This document shows, in pieces, positions 25,604-38,061 of a stretch of 64,000 nt of DNA (position 1 is the stretch's first letter; each line of letters begins with the position of its first letter). This stretch comes from Lama glama (taxonomy: Eukaryota), in NCBI GenBank assembly GCA_028534125.1, contig CM052817.1, positions 28,832,001-28,896,000 on the forward strand, read 5' to 3'. The notes below the pieces were generated by a model. That model saw nothing but the letters and a program-made list of their open reading frames with translations, was not told the DNA's origin and made no database searches. A program made the position numbers and the translations under genes.

Positions 25604-28600
25604 CCCTAATTTACCATATAGTGTTCACAAAACATTAAATTAAGTTCTGTAGAGAGCTAGTATCATTAAAATGAATTTAATTTACTGTAAGAAATTAAAA
25701 ATTTTATACATTTACTGCATATACTGATCAAGTTTTCACCTTTTTATTTTGCCCCAAACATAAGCATTCTCTCTTCTAGTCAAAAGGGTTGTGTGTTTTT
25801 GCTTGTTCTGTTTTGGTTTTTGGATTTTTGTGTTTCTTTCTTTCTTAACAGCCCAACTAGACTGGACAGTATTGTGAAGTACAAGATTCTCCACAAAGCA
25901 GAGCACTGGGGAGAAGATGCAATATGTGTTACTAAAATTAAAATTGATTTATACACTACCTAGATAAAAAAATACAAAATAGACTTTTTAGCAATTGTGT
26001 ATTACAAGTCAAGTTTCAAAAAATGTATTCAAAACACTGAATACTGGAAGCCAAGGGAAAGACAATGAAAGAAATAAAAGAACAATTTAAGATGCTTATA
26101 TTCTACTAGAGGAATTGTCAGTTGAATTGAGAAGTTCATAAACTCTGTGGCTATGCTTTAATATTAACAATTTGCTAGCATATTAAAGGAAAGGTATGAA
26201 CATTAGCTAGATCTGCATTTGAATAGGTAAGCAGACTCAGATCTCAATAGGAGACCACTTGAGAATTCTCCAGTAGATTGTAAGCTTTTTTTCAAATGAT
26301 TATGTACATATTTATATACCTCAAAGGCTTAATTTTGTCAAAATGACTTCAGGATTGCAAGATCATACTACCCAAGGTTTTAGCTGATACCTATAACCAG
26401 AGGCCCTGGTCCTCATTCCAAAGATAAGGGAGATATAGCAGCAAACTATACGAGCAGACTAATTTTATATCCCCACATCCAAACATTCTGGAGCTATTTT
26501 AAATTCCAAATCCCAAATCTCTTTGAGGGGCTAATAAAAGTGACAAATTCAACCAGTCAGACTTTCTCTACATCTGAAGTCCAGTCAATAACTGATTTCA
26601 TCAGTTTCCTTCTGATGGCTTGTTAAATATCCAGAGTAACTACATCACATGATTAGACCAATTAATAACTAAGTGGCCAGAGGCCACTTTTAGTGACAGA
26701 CCTTAAGTTTCAGGGAAAGAATGAACATGATTCAAACCAAAACTGTACACAGATACAAATTTTACCCCACCTCTGGCTGCATGAAAGAAACTGGATATTG
26801 GAACACAAATGACGTTGTAGCAGAGGCACAAAGAGAAACCTGTAATGCTGCCAGCCCTGCTTAGTTCTCCAAGTCACCAAAAACTGGGACTTGCAGTGAG
26901 CTTGCGCTATTCCTAATGAAATACACACAGCCTTTTAATTAAAAGAAATAGATCTCTTCATGTTTAGTGATTGGGATTGTAGCCTTGGTTTTATAAGCTC
27001 ATAAACCCAAAAAGTGAGGTACATATTTGAAAGGAAAGAACAAGATTACTAAGACCTGGATTGAATCTCTCATGAGCTCAGCAGGAAATGGGGAAATAAG
27101 ACCGGTTACCAAACTGCTCTCTAGGGTCCTTCAGATTTAGATTCTCCAGAACACATTATCTAGGATGATACTAGAGCCCAAAACTTTACATACGGCAATG
27201 CTCTGTTGGAAGATGTCAAAGTGGAGGCAGCCCCTCGGATGCTGTGACTAGAGATATAATTCTAGCCGTTCTTAAAGTGAATGTCATGCCAGCCAGTAGA
27301 AATGAGCAAGTGTTCATCATTTCAAAGAGTCAATCAGACCTTGTTAAACATGGTAACATCAGCATGAGGTACATCTAATGAATGAAAGGGCTATCTAAAT
27401 TCCTCTGGCCATGACAATCATGGTTGGAACAAAGGCTTTGGACCACAGATGACTCAGGCCATAAGGCAGAGAGGATGGCAAGTGACTCAGCTTTTTCTCA
27501 GTGCTAATCGGTGGCAACAAAAGTCCTAGGATCAGAATGCACTCCCGGAGACACCACGAGCAGAAACTACTAGTCAGTGGAGACCTACTAACCTCCATCT
27601 TCCAGATTTGATCCTGGAGAAATCCCTTGGTTTGCTCCTATTCATTTCCCAATGTTTAATACTGTATTCCTAAGTTTTTTCAACTAAACACGCTTGGTTA
27701 GCCCTAAAATCCAGTAAATGATTAATAAGTAAGTTATTTTATGTCCCAATTTTTTGTGTATGTACAAAAATGGAACTAAACTTCATAGAATTAATGAGAA
27801 AATTAGTTAAAAATTCATCAGCATTATCAACACTAACATTTATGATCAATAAAAGAATGTTATATAAAACTCTTCAGCTGTATGATTTTAAAATTAGTTT
27901 TAAATATAGTAGTACCCTGTGTATAAATGAGAATCATGCTAATGGTAATGCAGGCAGCCACATATTTCTCCTGGTACCAGTAACGAAATCATTAGATTGA
28001 CATTTTTGTACAAAAAATTGCTATTATTACCCCTGTAGGGCATAATCTTGGTCTTTCACTTACGATAAGTCGGCAAGTTTCCTTCATGATAAATAATATT
28101 AATATCACAGTTGGAAAACTGTTCTCTGAATACACACAGCAGGTATAGAAATTACAGCCCAATTTGACTTGGAAATACACCATTCCTTCCTAATGAGTAT
28201 ATCTAGCTCCAAATAACAGAAGGACAGAATTAAGACCATAATTAAAATGATTGCATTACACAAAAAAGCACGCAACTTTGTATAGTAAAGACTGTAGGTC
28301 AGCTGTGAAAATCACTAAAGAAAATGACACAGTGAATTAGGCTAAATATTAGTCAAGTAAAGCCATTATTCAAAGCCCTATTTTTCTACTTCCCCTTTCT
28401 TAACATAATTTTAAATAACTGCAATAATGCAGATGGCATTTGTAACACCAATCTGAAAGTCCCACTGTAGAAAAGAAGGGTGTAAACCACCTTAAGAAGA
28501 TGTTATGTTTAGTTCCATTTGCTTCAACCAGAGTGGAAAGTGAATGCAAATTAGTCAAAACCACAAAGATAAATGCAAATGAAGTGTGTGAGTGTGTATC

Positions 28601-28909
28601 TTCAAGGTTTCTCTTCTTGTGATCCATGGCATTCATTCTAATAATGAATATTGGTGTGTCTTAACGACAGTTGATTATGGTTCTTACATCAATTTCTTAC
28701 CACAAAGACTTAGAAGAAAAAATATATGCCTATTGTGTCATTGGGGAGGTGGCATTTCCTTAGGGTTTTTGACATGATTAAGTTCTAGACCCAAGATTCT
28801 AGGAGATTAGTGACTCCTCTTGGACTCTGTTGCCTACAGCCATTCATGCTCACACTGGTGAACAGAGTCACATTTCAGAAACAGAAAAAGCAGGTAACAT
28901 GACCTTTTT

Positions 28910-29150
28910 GCTGTGTTCACCCTCCTTGACAGCTTGGCAGTGTTTATGGTATTGATCCCTTCTCCCTCACTGAAACTCTTTTCTCTTTCGGCACAGTTCT
29001 CTTACTACCCTTGAGCCTCCCTTTTTTTCTGAATTTTCCTCTCTTTCTTAGGTTCCACCTCTTTAGATACATTGTCAGTTCTAGAAACCACACACTTATA
29101 AACTGTATTTCTGGCTGAGACTATAGAAAAACTTAGGTGATGCCAAAGTC
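28910..29150 (+). mobile_element. L2 fragment (likely continues at about 29780-29890 after the LTR)
   Basis: 'gcagtgtttatggtattgatcccttctccctcactgaaactcttttctct' resembles L2 ORF2 in sense orientation. Confidence 0.5.
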
Positions 29151-29244
29151 AGTCTTATCATTAGCATCATCATCATCATCTCCACCACCACCACCACCCA
29201 GCAACAGCTCTGGCACGTGCCTTCACTTTTTGACTTTCACACTT

Positions 29245-29745
29245 TCATTATCCCAAGATGAATATTTTTGAGAAAGAATGAGGAGCACATGAAATTTGTT
29301 GGGGATGATATCGATGAAAGGTAATAATAGGTGAAGAAGGAAAACTGGGTAGGGAAAGCCTTCAGGTTGTGATACAGATCTGAAAAACGTTTAAGACAAG
29401 GATTTGGAGGAAGTGAGAAGCAGGATTGGCAGAGAGAGCCTCAAACCACAGTCAAGATCTGACAAAGTCTTGGCTCACCCAGTGTGGAGCTCTGGAGCAA
29501 GGACTTTCCACTACAGGAGTCCGACAGTGGGCAGAAACGGCCAGGCGTTAGGGCCCCCAACATGCTCAGTCACTGGCAGCGAGCTGCCAGTAAAAAGCAG
29601 GACCTCGGTTTCAAAGCCTGTGTGAATCCTGAAAGCACTGAACAGTGGGGATCTGTCCACTAACCGTAAAACCTGCAACTGACCAGTGGGTTGTTCCTCC
29701 TGGAAGGGAGAGCCAAGCAGTGCACCTCCAGGGCTGCCATCCACT
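29245..29745 (-). mobile_element. ERVL solo LTR, LTR16A-like
   Basis: 'tctgacaaagtcttggctcacccagtgtggagctctggagcaa...gggcagaaacggccagg...tgctcagtcactggc...gaagggagagccaagcagtgcacctccagggctgcca' follows the antisense LTR16A consensus. Confidence 0.8.
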
Positions 29746-30899
29746 TGGGAACTTCCGCTTGCATGACCACATTTGACTTACGCTTGGTGTGTTCTATCCT
29801 GATTTCTCCATACCAATCAGTCTAGACTCAGCTACCTGACTGACTTTCCAAAACACAGGTCTGACTGTACTAACGCCTACTCAAAAAGACATCTATGTTA
29901 TTTAATATTATTATGTATTTATTACTTAATAAATGAAGCTGACATTCTTGAACTCACTATCAAAGGCCAGCCAAAATAGGGGCCCAATGATTCTTTATGA
30001 ACTTACCCAAGAGACAGTAAAGTCCGGTAGAAAAGACACTTCAGAGCCAGATATGCTTTGGATATGCTGATGCCATCCTCTGTTCAGTAAGTACATAACG
30101 TGTTTTTCACCTGAATTTCCTCATTAGTAAAATAAGAATATGTGAGGTGGGTTTTCTGAAAGTTTATTGAGACAATTTTAGAGCACAAAAAGCAGAAGAC
30201 ATTTAATTCCCTTTTACTGTTCTTTCTCCTCTGCTTGTATCCCGCCAGCTCACGGGCCACGCCTTTTCTATTTCTCAGGCTTTCTTGCCTAGGCCTTACC
30301 TCTATCCCTTTTTCAAACACTTCCTCTGCCCCATACCATTCTCCCAGTATCTTTGCAGCTATGAAAATCCTACCCATCACCTGAGGTCTTGCAGTCCAAC
30401 CCTTCTGATCACTGCAGGAAGACGGAGCTCCTAATTTAGACTAGAACAAAAACAAAGCAAAACAAACAATTTTGGGGGGAACATACATGAACGAACTGCC
30501 ATGGTTCTTTTTATGTCTGCACCTATACGTTTTCATTTTTTCCTAGAATAAGTGGATCACAAGTACAGGTCAGTGCATATATACATATTATACATAAATA
30601 CATGCATACTCAGCTTTTGCACTAGTAGATTTTTCAATAAATATTTCAGTATAACAGCATCTAACAACTTCATGAGATTATTTAGTGATGTTCTAAGGAC
30701 ATCTGTTTATGTATGATGGCACCACAAAAGATATACTTTGGCAAAATGGATAAAAATTTTCATTGTTTAGAAAAAAACAGCCACTAATCTATGAAATGCC
30801 ATCAATGTAAAATGACATTATAATGAATCAGGAAAACTAGACCATCGTCTTAATCATTTATTCAACAAATATTGATTTTCTGCCCTCATTCAAAGTCCT

Positions 30900-31357
30900 T
30901 AAAAGACTCATCAGTACCTGCTCTCTTCCTCATCTCTTTCCCTTTCCTCTGATCCACTGCAATCAGACTTCTGTCCCCATCTTGAATACATGCGTTAGCA
31001 CATCCACCAACGAACTCCATGTTGGCTGTCTGGAACAATCATGGGGTGGATTCCAATTTACCCATATCTCAATGTCAATCGGATCTTTGTCTAAGTATAG
31101 TTCCTCAGCTTCCCTGACCCCCTATTTAAGAAAGAATCCCCCCCCACTTATTCTCTTTCTGTGCTTGTCCTCACATACTTATAATTTCCTGACATAATTT
31201 ACATATTGACTTTTTAAACTAGTCAACATTTTTGTCTCCTTCCTGGGAATGTAAGTTTAATAAAAACATAGACTTTATCTTTTTCACTGTTTTATCCTCA
31301 GCACTTAGAAAAGCTCCTGGCTATCAGTAAATAGCTGTGCCACACATGAGTAAATGA
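30900..31357 (+). mobile_element. L2 fragments including 3' end
   Basis: 'ccactgcaatcagacttctgtcccca' and the tail 'ttcactgttttatcctcagcacttagaa...cagtaaatag...gagtaaatga'. Confidence 0.6.
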
Positions 31358-32003
31358 CAGTCTAAGCATAACATGGGTTAGATGATCAGATCGTTTCTGA
31401 TTAGTTTGGACTCAAATTAGTTTGAATTTCAGTTATTTAAAAAAGGGATTTTCTACATTAAAAGTCCCCAAACAAATACATTTAGTTAGTGTATCAAAAC
31501 CAAGTTAGATTTCCATATTGTTTTGGCTGTTATTTCTTCAGAAAAAAAATTATGTAGATTGCTGCAAAATTATCTTTGATGTTGATTTTCAAATTGTGTG
31601 CTCCAGGATCATAAGGTTCTGAGGTTTGGGGATCCAAATAGGTACCCTAGACCTCTGTGGAGATTTCTGGAGGGACACACTGAGTTCTGAGTTTGAAGGC
31701 TCACATCCCCTCCCATCCCACCTGTCTTTTTTCTTTAATTTCATAAACTGAAGTCTCATACAATATTTCCTCTGGATAGGGTGATGTAAAAACTGAGGTT
31801 TTATTACTGTAACAATGTGACAACCCAGGAAATATCATTAATGTAAAGTATCAATACGCTAGAATAGGACAAATGGATCATAAGCTCCTTGAATTCATGA
31901 ATCTGACCCTTCAGTAACTTCACATTATCTCTCTACCTGAAAACTACTGAGTACAGAGGGATGGCATTTGTTATAACTGAGTTGAATACAATCATGGATT
32001 CTC

Positions 32004-32140
32004 TTTTTTTTGAGGGGGGGTACTTAGGTTTATTTATTTATTTTTTTAATGAAAGTATTGGAGATTGAACCCAGGACCTTGTGCAGGCTAAGCTTGTGCT
32101 CTACCATTGAGCTCTACCCTCGAGCGCTACCCTCCTCCCC
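32004..32140 (-). mobile_element. tRNA-derived camelid SINE (Vic-1-like)
   Basis: Reverse complement of the 7323 element (B box 'gagattgaaccc', A box 'ccattgagct'), poly-T, degenerate TSD tcat(gg/tt)attct. Confidence 0.9.
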
Positions 32141-32679
32141 TCATTTATTCTTTATTAAACATTTTAGTTTCAATTTATCCAGGCAAATTCAAACTCCATT
32201 AAAAGTCCATTCATCTTTGCCTATACTGGATTAGTCTACAAAGAAGAAGAAATAAAATAGTTTACATATTTTAAGGAAGCAAATGGGCCTAGGGAATCTA
32301 GAAAACTTTGTGCCTGGTCACCACTAGGGACATCGGCATTCTCTTTCCACTCCATGAACCCTGAAGTTTGGCTCACTTTCCTTGGAATATCACCCTGGAT
32401 ATAGGCTGGTTTTCATTAAAATGAAGCCAGCTTCCTAAAAATGAAGGCCTTGTTTGCCTTAGTGAACACTTTTTTTCAGCTTACACTGACATTTCAGATG
32501 TTTATCAATGAACTGTTTGTGCTCTGCATTACCTCTGAGGCACTGAAACACTGACTTGTAGTTAAGTGGGTAACATGTGATGATGGTTAGAGAATCACAC
32601 AGCTCCCTTGATTGACAGGGACAAGAAATTCACTAATAAAAAGATTAGAAAGGCATCAGATTAACTGCTATTAATCCAA

Positions 32680-33700
32680 CCCACTGAATTTTAATTTCAG
32701 GACTTTTATATTTCAGCTGTGAGTTTCATTTAATTCTCTTTCATATCTTCTATTTCTATCATTATTCTGTTCACGGTTTTCTTTAAATCTCATCAAGTTT
32801 ATAACAAATGATTTAAATCATTTTCTGCTATTTTCATCGTCTCTATAATTTCTACATTCATTGCTATTATATTTTTTCCTAAGGAGATTAGGAGTTACAT
32901 TTTTCTTTGCATAACTCACATTTTTTTGTTTGTTTGTTTTGCTTTCTGGATATTGTGAATGCTATGTTATTGAGTTCTGAATTTTGTTGGAACTTTTCAA
33001 AAAAGCATCAGACTTTTCTTCTGACAAGCAGTTATGTGCAGACCAGCTTAATCTTTTAGGGGTTTATTTTAGGTTTTGTGTGTGTTGATTTTTTTTCTGG
33101 AGGGGAAGGGTCTTGTGTAGCCTTAATTCTAAGCTAAATTTACAGCTATTTCTAAGGTGTGACCCTTATGGGGACTCTTAGGAATGTCTCAAATGTTCAA
33201 ACAGTTCTCCCTACTCCAGCCTGTTAGAACTAAAACATCCCCAAGCCCTGTATGCGCTCTGAAAATCTATCATGATCACCTACTCATTCCCTAATCAGCT
33301 TCATGGAATTTCCCTCTACACCTGGCTGGCTTATTATTCATAACAGACTTGACGATATAACTATTCTGAGTTTGGGAGCTTTTTCTCCATAGCATCCTTC
33401 AGTCTTGCAAATTCCAGCAGTCTGAACCTTGCTACACTGTTTCTTTCATCTCATTTCAGAGAGGCCACAGAACTCTGCCTTGGCTCTGCCTCCTTGCCCT
33501 ATGGTTAGGAAAATGTTTCCAGGGAAAAAGCCAAGGTGATCATCAGGCTGTCCTCATTTTTCCTCTTCTCTCTGTGATCTCCCTGCCTTTCCCATTGCCC
33601 AACATCCAAAAACATTTGTTCAACCTATTTTATCCAGTGATCTAGTTGTTTGCTGAGACACAGCTACTCCAGTCCCAGTTATGCTGTCATGGCTGGAAAA
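32680..33700 (-). mobile_element. Ancient L1ME 5' end (5'UTR/ORF1 start)
   Basis: Ends 'tttatccagtgatctagttgtt...ccagttatgctgtcatggctggaaa', characteristic of antisense L1ME 5'-end families; T-rich ORF1 antisense at 32680-32900. Confidence 0.7.
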
Positions 33701-34270
33701 CTTGCTTTGGGTTATTCCAGGCATTGTTACTGGTCACCCTGCAATCAATAGTAGAAAAAAAATTTGGTACATAATCCAAATGAAAGTTAATTTTTGAATA
33801 TCCATCCATGACTTCTCCTTTCTCATTCTTATTATCACTAACTTACTTCCTAATTGTAAGTTTTTTTTTCCAATAATATATGTGTCTTTTTTCCTCCAAT
33901 CTTTTTTAAAAACAAACTACATACATTAATTTTCTAAGATAAAATTTTAACCATATCAGCTTCCAGGATTAATAATATCTGTTTTGCTTTTTTTGTAATT
34001 TCTAAATTAAGTAAAAAAAGTTCTCAGATTGGCCCAGCAGCCCTCCCACTCTCTGACCCCAACATACTGTTTCTAGATAGTTTGGTCTTATTCCTTTGTC
34101 CTTACTTTCCATATCGGTGAAACTGGAGGACTCTTCCTTTAACATGACACAAAGTCCCATCTGTGAGCTATGGCTGTCTCCATCTGGAATAGACATCTCT
34201 TCCAGAGTGTTGTCTTGTCCACTTGCCAAAATCACATTTTTAACGTCCATCTCAGACACTGCTTTTTCCA

Positions 34271-34770
34271 NNNNNNNNNNNNNNNNNNNNNNNNNNNNNN
34301 NNNNNNNNNNNNNNNNNNNNNNNNNNNNNNNNNNNNNNNNNNNNNNNNNNNNNNNNNNNNNNNNNNNNNNNNNNNNNNNNNNNNNNNNNNNNNNNNNNNN
34401 NNNNNNNNNNNNNNNNNNNNNNNNNNNNNNNNNNNNNNNNNNNNNNNNNNNNNNNNNNNNNNNNNNNNNNNNNNNNNNNNNNNNNNNNNNNNNNNNNNNN
34501 NNNNNNNNNNNNNNNNNNNNNNNNNNNNNNNNNNNNNNNNNNNNNNNNNNNNNNNNNNNNNNNNNNNNNNNNNNNNNNNNNNNNNNNNNNNNNNNNNNNN
34601 NNNNNNNNNNNNNNNNNNNNNNNNNNNNNNNNNNNNNNNNNNNNNNNNNNNNNNNNNNNNNNNNNNNNNNNNNNNNNNNNNNNNNNNNNNNNNNNNNNNN
34701 NNNNNNNNNNNNNNNNNNNNNNNNNNNNNNNNNNNNNNNNNNNNNNNNNNNNNNNNNNNNNNNNNNNNNN
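34271..34770. other. Assembly gap (500 N)
   Basis: Exactly 500 N. Confidence 1.
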
Positions 34771-35824
34771 TCTTTGCATTCCATATGGTGCAGTGTAGTC
34801 ACTTAAAATGTTTTGTAAATGAACAAAGTTACTGAAAGAGTTAAATCTAATCATTAAAATTCATAGAAGTATAAAAATAATCTATACAATTTACAGCAAA
34901 AATTAAAGAAATATAAAATCTGAATATTATCATCAGCAATCATTTGCAAAATGATCACTTTCTAAACCTGGAATATAATTACACAAACATATGATATGTA
35001 GACACACTATGCGTAACTTCATCATCCCATCTTGGCTTTGCCCCTAATGTTTACACAGTTTACACACATCCTTCTAACGTACTCTGAATCTCATAGTTTT
35101 CAGATATCTTACTACAGCTTTTGCACATCTAATTTTGCATTAAATGTCTTTAACTATCTCTCACTCAATTTTAATCTACTTTACATAAAATGCATTAAGA
35201 TCCTAAAGATTCTAAGCAGTTTGCTGTGAGTAAAAAATGATGGATATAGTCTCTCTCCTTACATTTTTCTGTATCATTTCTTTTATGGCAAAATAAAAAA
35301 TAAAGGAAAGACTAAGCATTATTAGTTGGCAATTATAAAAAAGTAATTTCTTCTATCTATAGATCTCATAATACGTTCTTAAATCCCCATTTTCTCTACC
35401 TCCTATCAGGTACCTAGGTCCTGCATAAGGTAGTATCAAATGAAAAGAGCAGTGTACTACAACTGATGTGATCCATATTTCATTCTGTCTTGGCTACTTG
35501 CTGTCTGTACAGTTGGAATAAGAGACTCAGTTTGCATGAAGATATTAATGACTATGACGGCTGTGACATAAAAGTGTCTTAAGACTCAATAATTCCTATT
35601 TAGAACAATATTTTGAGAACTCTAAGCAGTATAAAATTATTAGATATTCTTTTTGTAGACAATCCTCCTTTGTAAGATGTCATACCATTTTTCACAAAAC
35701 TTAATTTAAAGGCAATTATTGCCAAAAGATATTTAAAACAAAAAAAGTCTTCAAAACAAAGACATAAAATAGTCAACAGTTATATTAGTTGAATTAATCC
35801 ATATCCCTTTCTTTACCACACAAT

Positions 35825-35940
35825 TCTGTCCCCAGTTTAAAGAGGAGAAAAGTGAGAAACAAAGAGGTTAAATAACTTGACAAAGGTCACACTAGTATAG
35901 TGGTGGAACTCAGGCAGCCTAGCTGCAAACACTATGCTCT
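35825..35940 (-). mobile_element. MIR fragment
   Basis: 'ccccagtttaaagaggagaaaagtgag...agaggttaaataacttgacaaaggtcacac'. Confidence 0.75.
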
Positions 35941-36924
35941 GGATTCAACCTTTGTCCTTTCTTCCGCAGTCTACCCTTTCTCCCCTTCTCTCCTCTCCTC
36001 CATCACTGGCACAGAGAAAAAGGAATATGTATTTCAGTGAATGAATGCATGCAGCATTCTTCTCTTGATTAAGATTAGTCCAAGTCACAGATGATTCCAT
36101 AAAATAACTACATTGGCTCTCAATTCAAAAAGCAAACACATGAAATGTATTACAGGAATATTTCAGACTGAGTAAGGGGTCAGTTAACACCGCTATTAAA
36201 CAGCAGAGAATTCTAAAGCTAATTACCTAACAAAAAAGGAACAAAAAATATTAAGTTAAAGTCCATGAGAAACTCTGCTCAGAGGAATCACCAAAATTGG
36301 ATATACCTTTCAGAGGATAAAAGTGGGAACACTACATAGAATGGTCACCACTGTGTAACTCAACTAAAATTGAAGAAAAAACCTGTATATACTTAAAAAA
36401 ATGTATACATTTACTTTCTATTTAGACAAATGCTATCCTCTGGTATCATCAAAGTCAAAGGAAATATGAAAGTTAAGGACTAATTATATCTGGCATAGTA
36501 ATCAAAATCTTGTCTAAACATAAATATTCTTTAATTAGGTGTCCTACTTTTCATCTATTCTATATATTTCTGTGTTTGTTTCTATTTCATAGTATAGTAA
36601 AAAAAAATGTTAGGGAAAAGAAAAACTGCCAGAAGTACCTTCCTATGGTAACCTTGAATAATATTACAGTGTCTAAATATAGAAGATGAAACTGAGTAGG
36701 AAATTTCTACAAAATCCATAGAGGAAGGACTTCACAAGGTCGTTTCTTTCTTTTTTTTCTCCTCTCTTGAAGCTATACACTTCTTGTAATTTGAGTACAA
36801 ACATGTTGCTTAAAATATCAAGGAAGGGTCACTGCTTAATTAGCACTTTAAAAATTATTTATTTCAAGGCCATTACAGTATAATGGATATGCAGCAGAAT
36901 AACTGGAGGTAGTGGAAAGTATAC

Positions 36925-37060
36925 TGATTTAGGAGCTAGTGAACTGAGTTCTGGTCCCAGCACCACTACCAAGTGACATTTTCACATCACTTTCCTCTAT
37001 GAATCTCTTTTGCCTCTTTACTAAAGTGAAATTACTGTTTTGGATGATCTCTAAGGTGCC
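36925..37060 (+). mobile_element. MIR3-like fragment
   Basis: 'gaactgagttctggtcccagcaccactac...ggatgatctctaaggtgcc'. Confidence 0.55.
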
Positions 37061-37509
37061 ATGGCGTATTAGATTGAGTTGTTGTCTTTTTTTCCTATTT
37101 GAGAAGAGTTTTTTGTTTTGTTTTTCTATCAAAAATACAGTAACTTATGTTCTTCCAAAGCTCCCCTTTGACTCAATGTATTCTTGAAGTTTCAGAGAGC
37201 AGTAAGGAGGACTTTCAAAACTAAAATCTTCATTGCTCTCTAACCTGTGAATTTTATCACCATGAGCTTCTCATTTTGGAATTATATAATTTACTACTTG
37301 CTTAATATACTGATTTATTTCCTCTTACTTTCTCAAGTTACTATACAATTGTCTTCATTCTGCATTTCATATTAAAGGAGAAAGCACTTAAATTTCTACC
37401 ATATTTCTTACAGAATGAAATATAATGCTGGAAACAAAAAGATATTAAAATATCATTCTTAAGTAAACCTAATGGTATTTGTGAGTAATTAATTATGGTT
37501 TACTAAACA

Positions 37510-37738
37510 AGTTCAAGAGGCAGATTGTAGAGAGTTGACTCCTGACTCACTACCAACCTGCTGAGTGACCTCTGATAAATTTCCTAATCCCTCTGTGCTT
37601 CGGCACCCTTACCTACCAAGTAAGGAAAACTTCCTTCATCAGATAGTTGTGAAGATTAAATAAACTAGAAATGTAAAGATCTTAGGAATTTGCCTGCCAC
37701 ATGGTAAGCACGAAAAAATATATATAAGCAATTATTAT
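37510..37738 (+). mobile_element. MIR
   Basis: Core 'ctgctgagtgacctctgataaatttcctaatccctctgtgcttcgg' and tail 'gttgtgaagattaaa...tgcctgccacatggtaagcac'. Confidence 0.75.
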
Positions 37739-38061
37739 ACTGCATTTTTTCTATTTTAGCATCCAGTTAAAAAAGAAATTTTATCCGTAAGAGAAATACC
37801 AAATAATAGTTTATAATCATAGGGCAGAAAAGGCTACCCTAAATGTAACAGAAAACCATGACCTAACAAAAGATCAGAAGATTAAAAATAGAAAAAGAAA
37901 GTCTTCTGTAAAAAATATCTCCATAAATAAAGTTAAAGAATAAATACCACACTGGAATAAATATTTGCATCATATGTGATAGCCAAAGCACAACAACTTT
38001 ACTTTTTAAAGGGTTCCAGTAAGTCAATAATAAAAAGACAACCTAATTAAAAATGAGAAGA

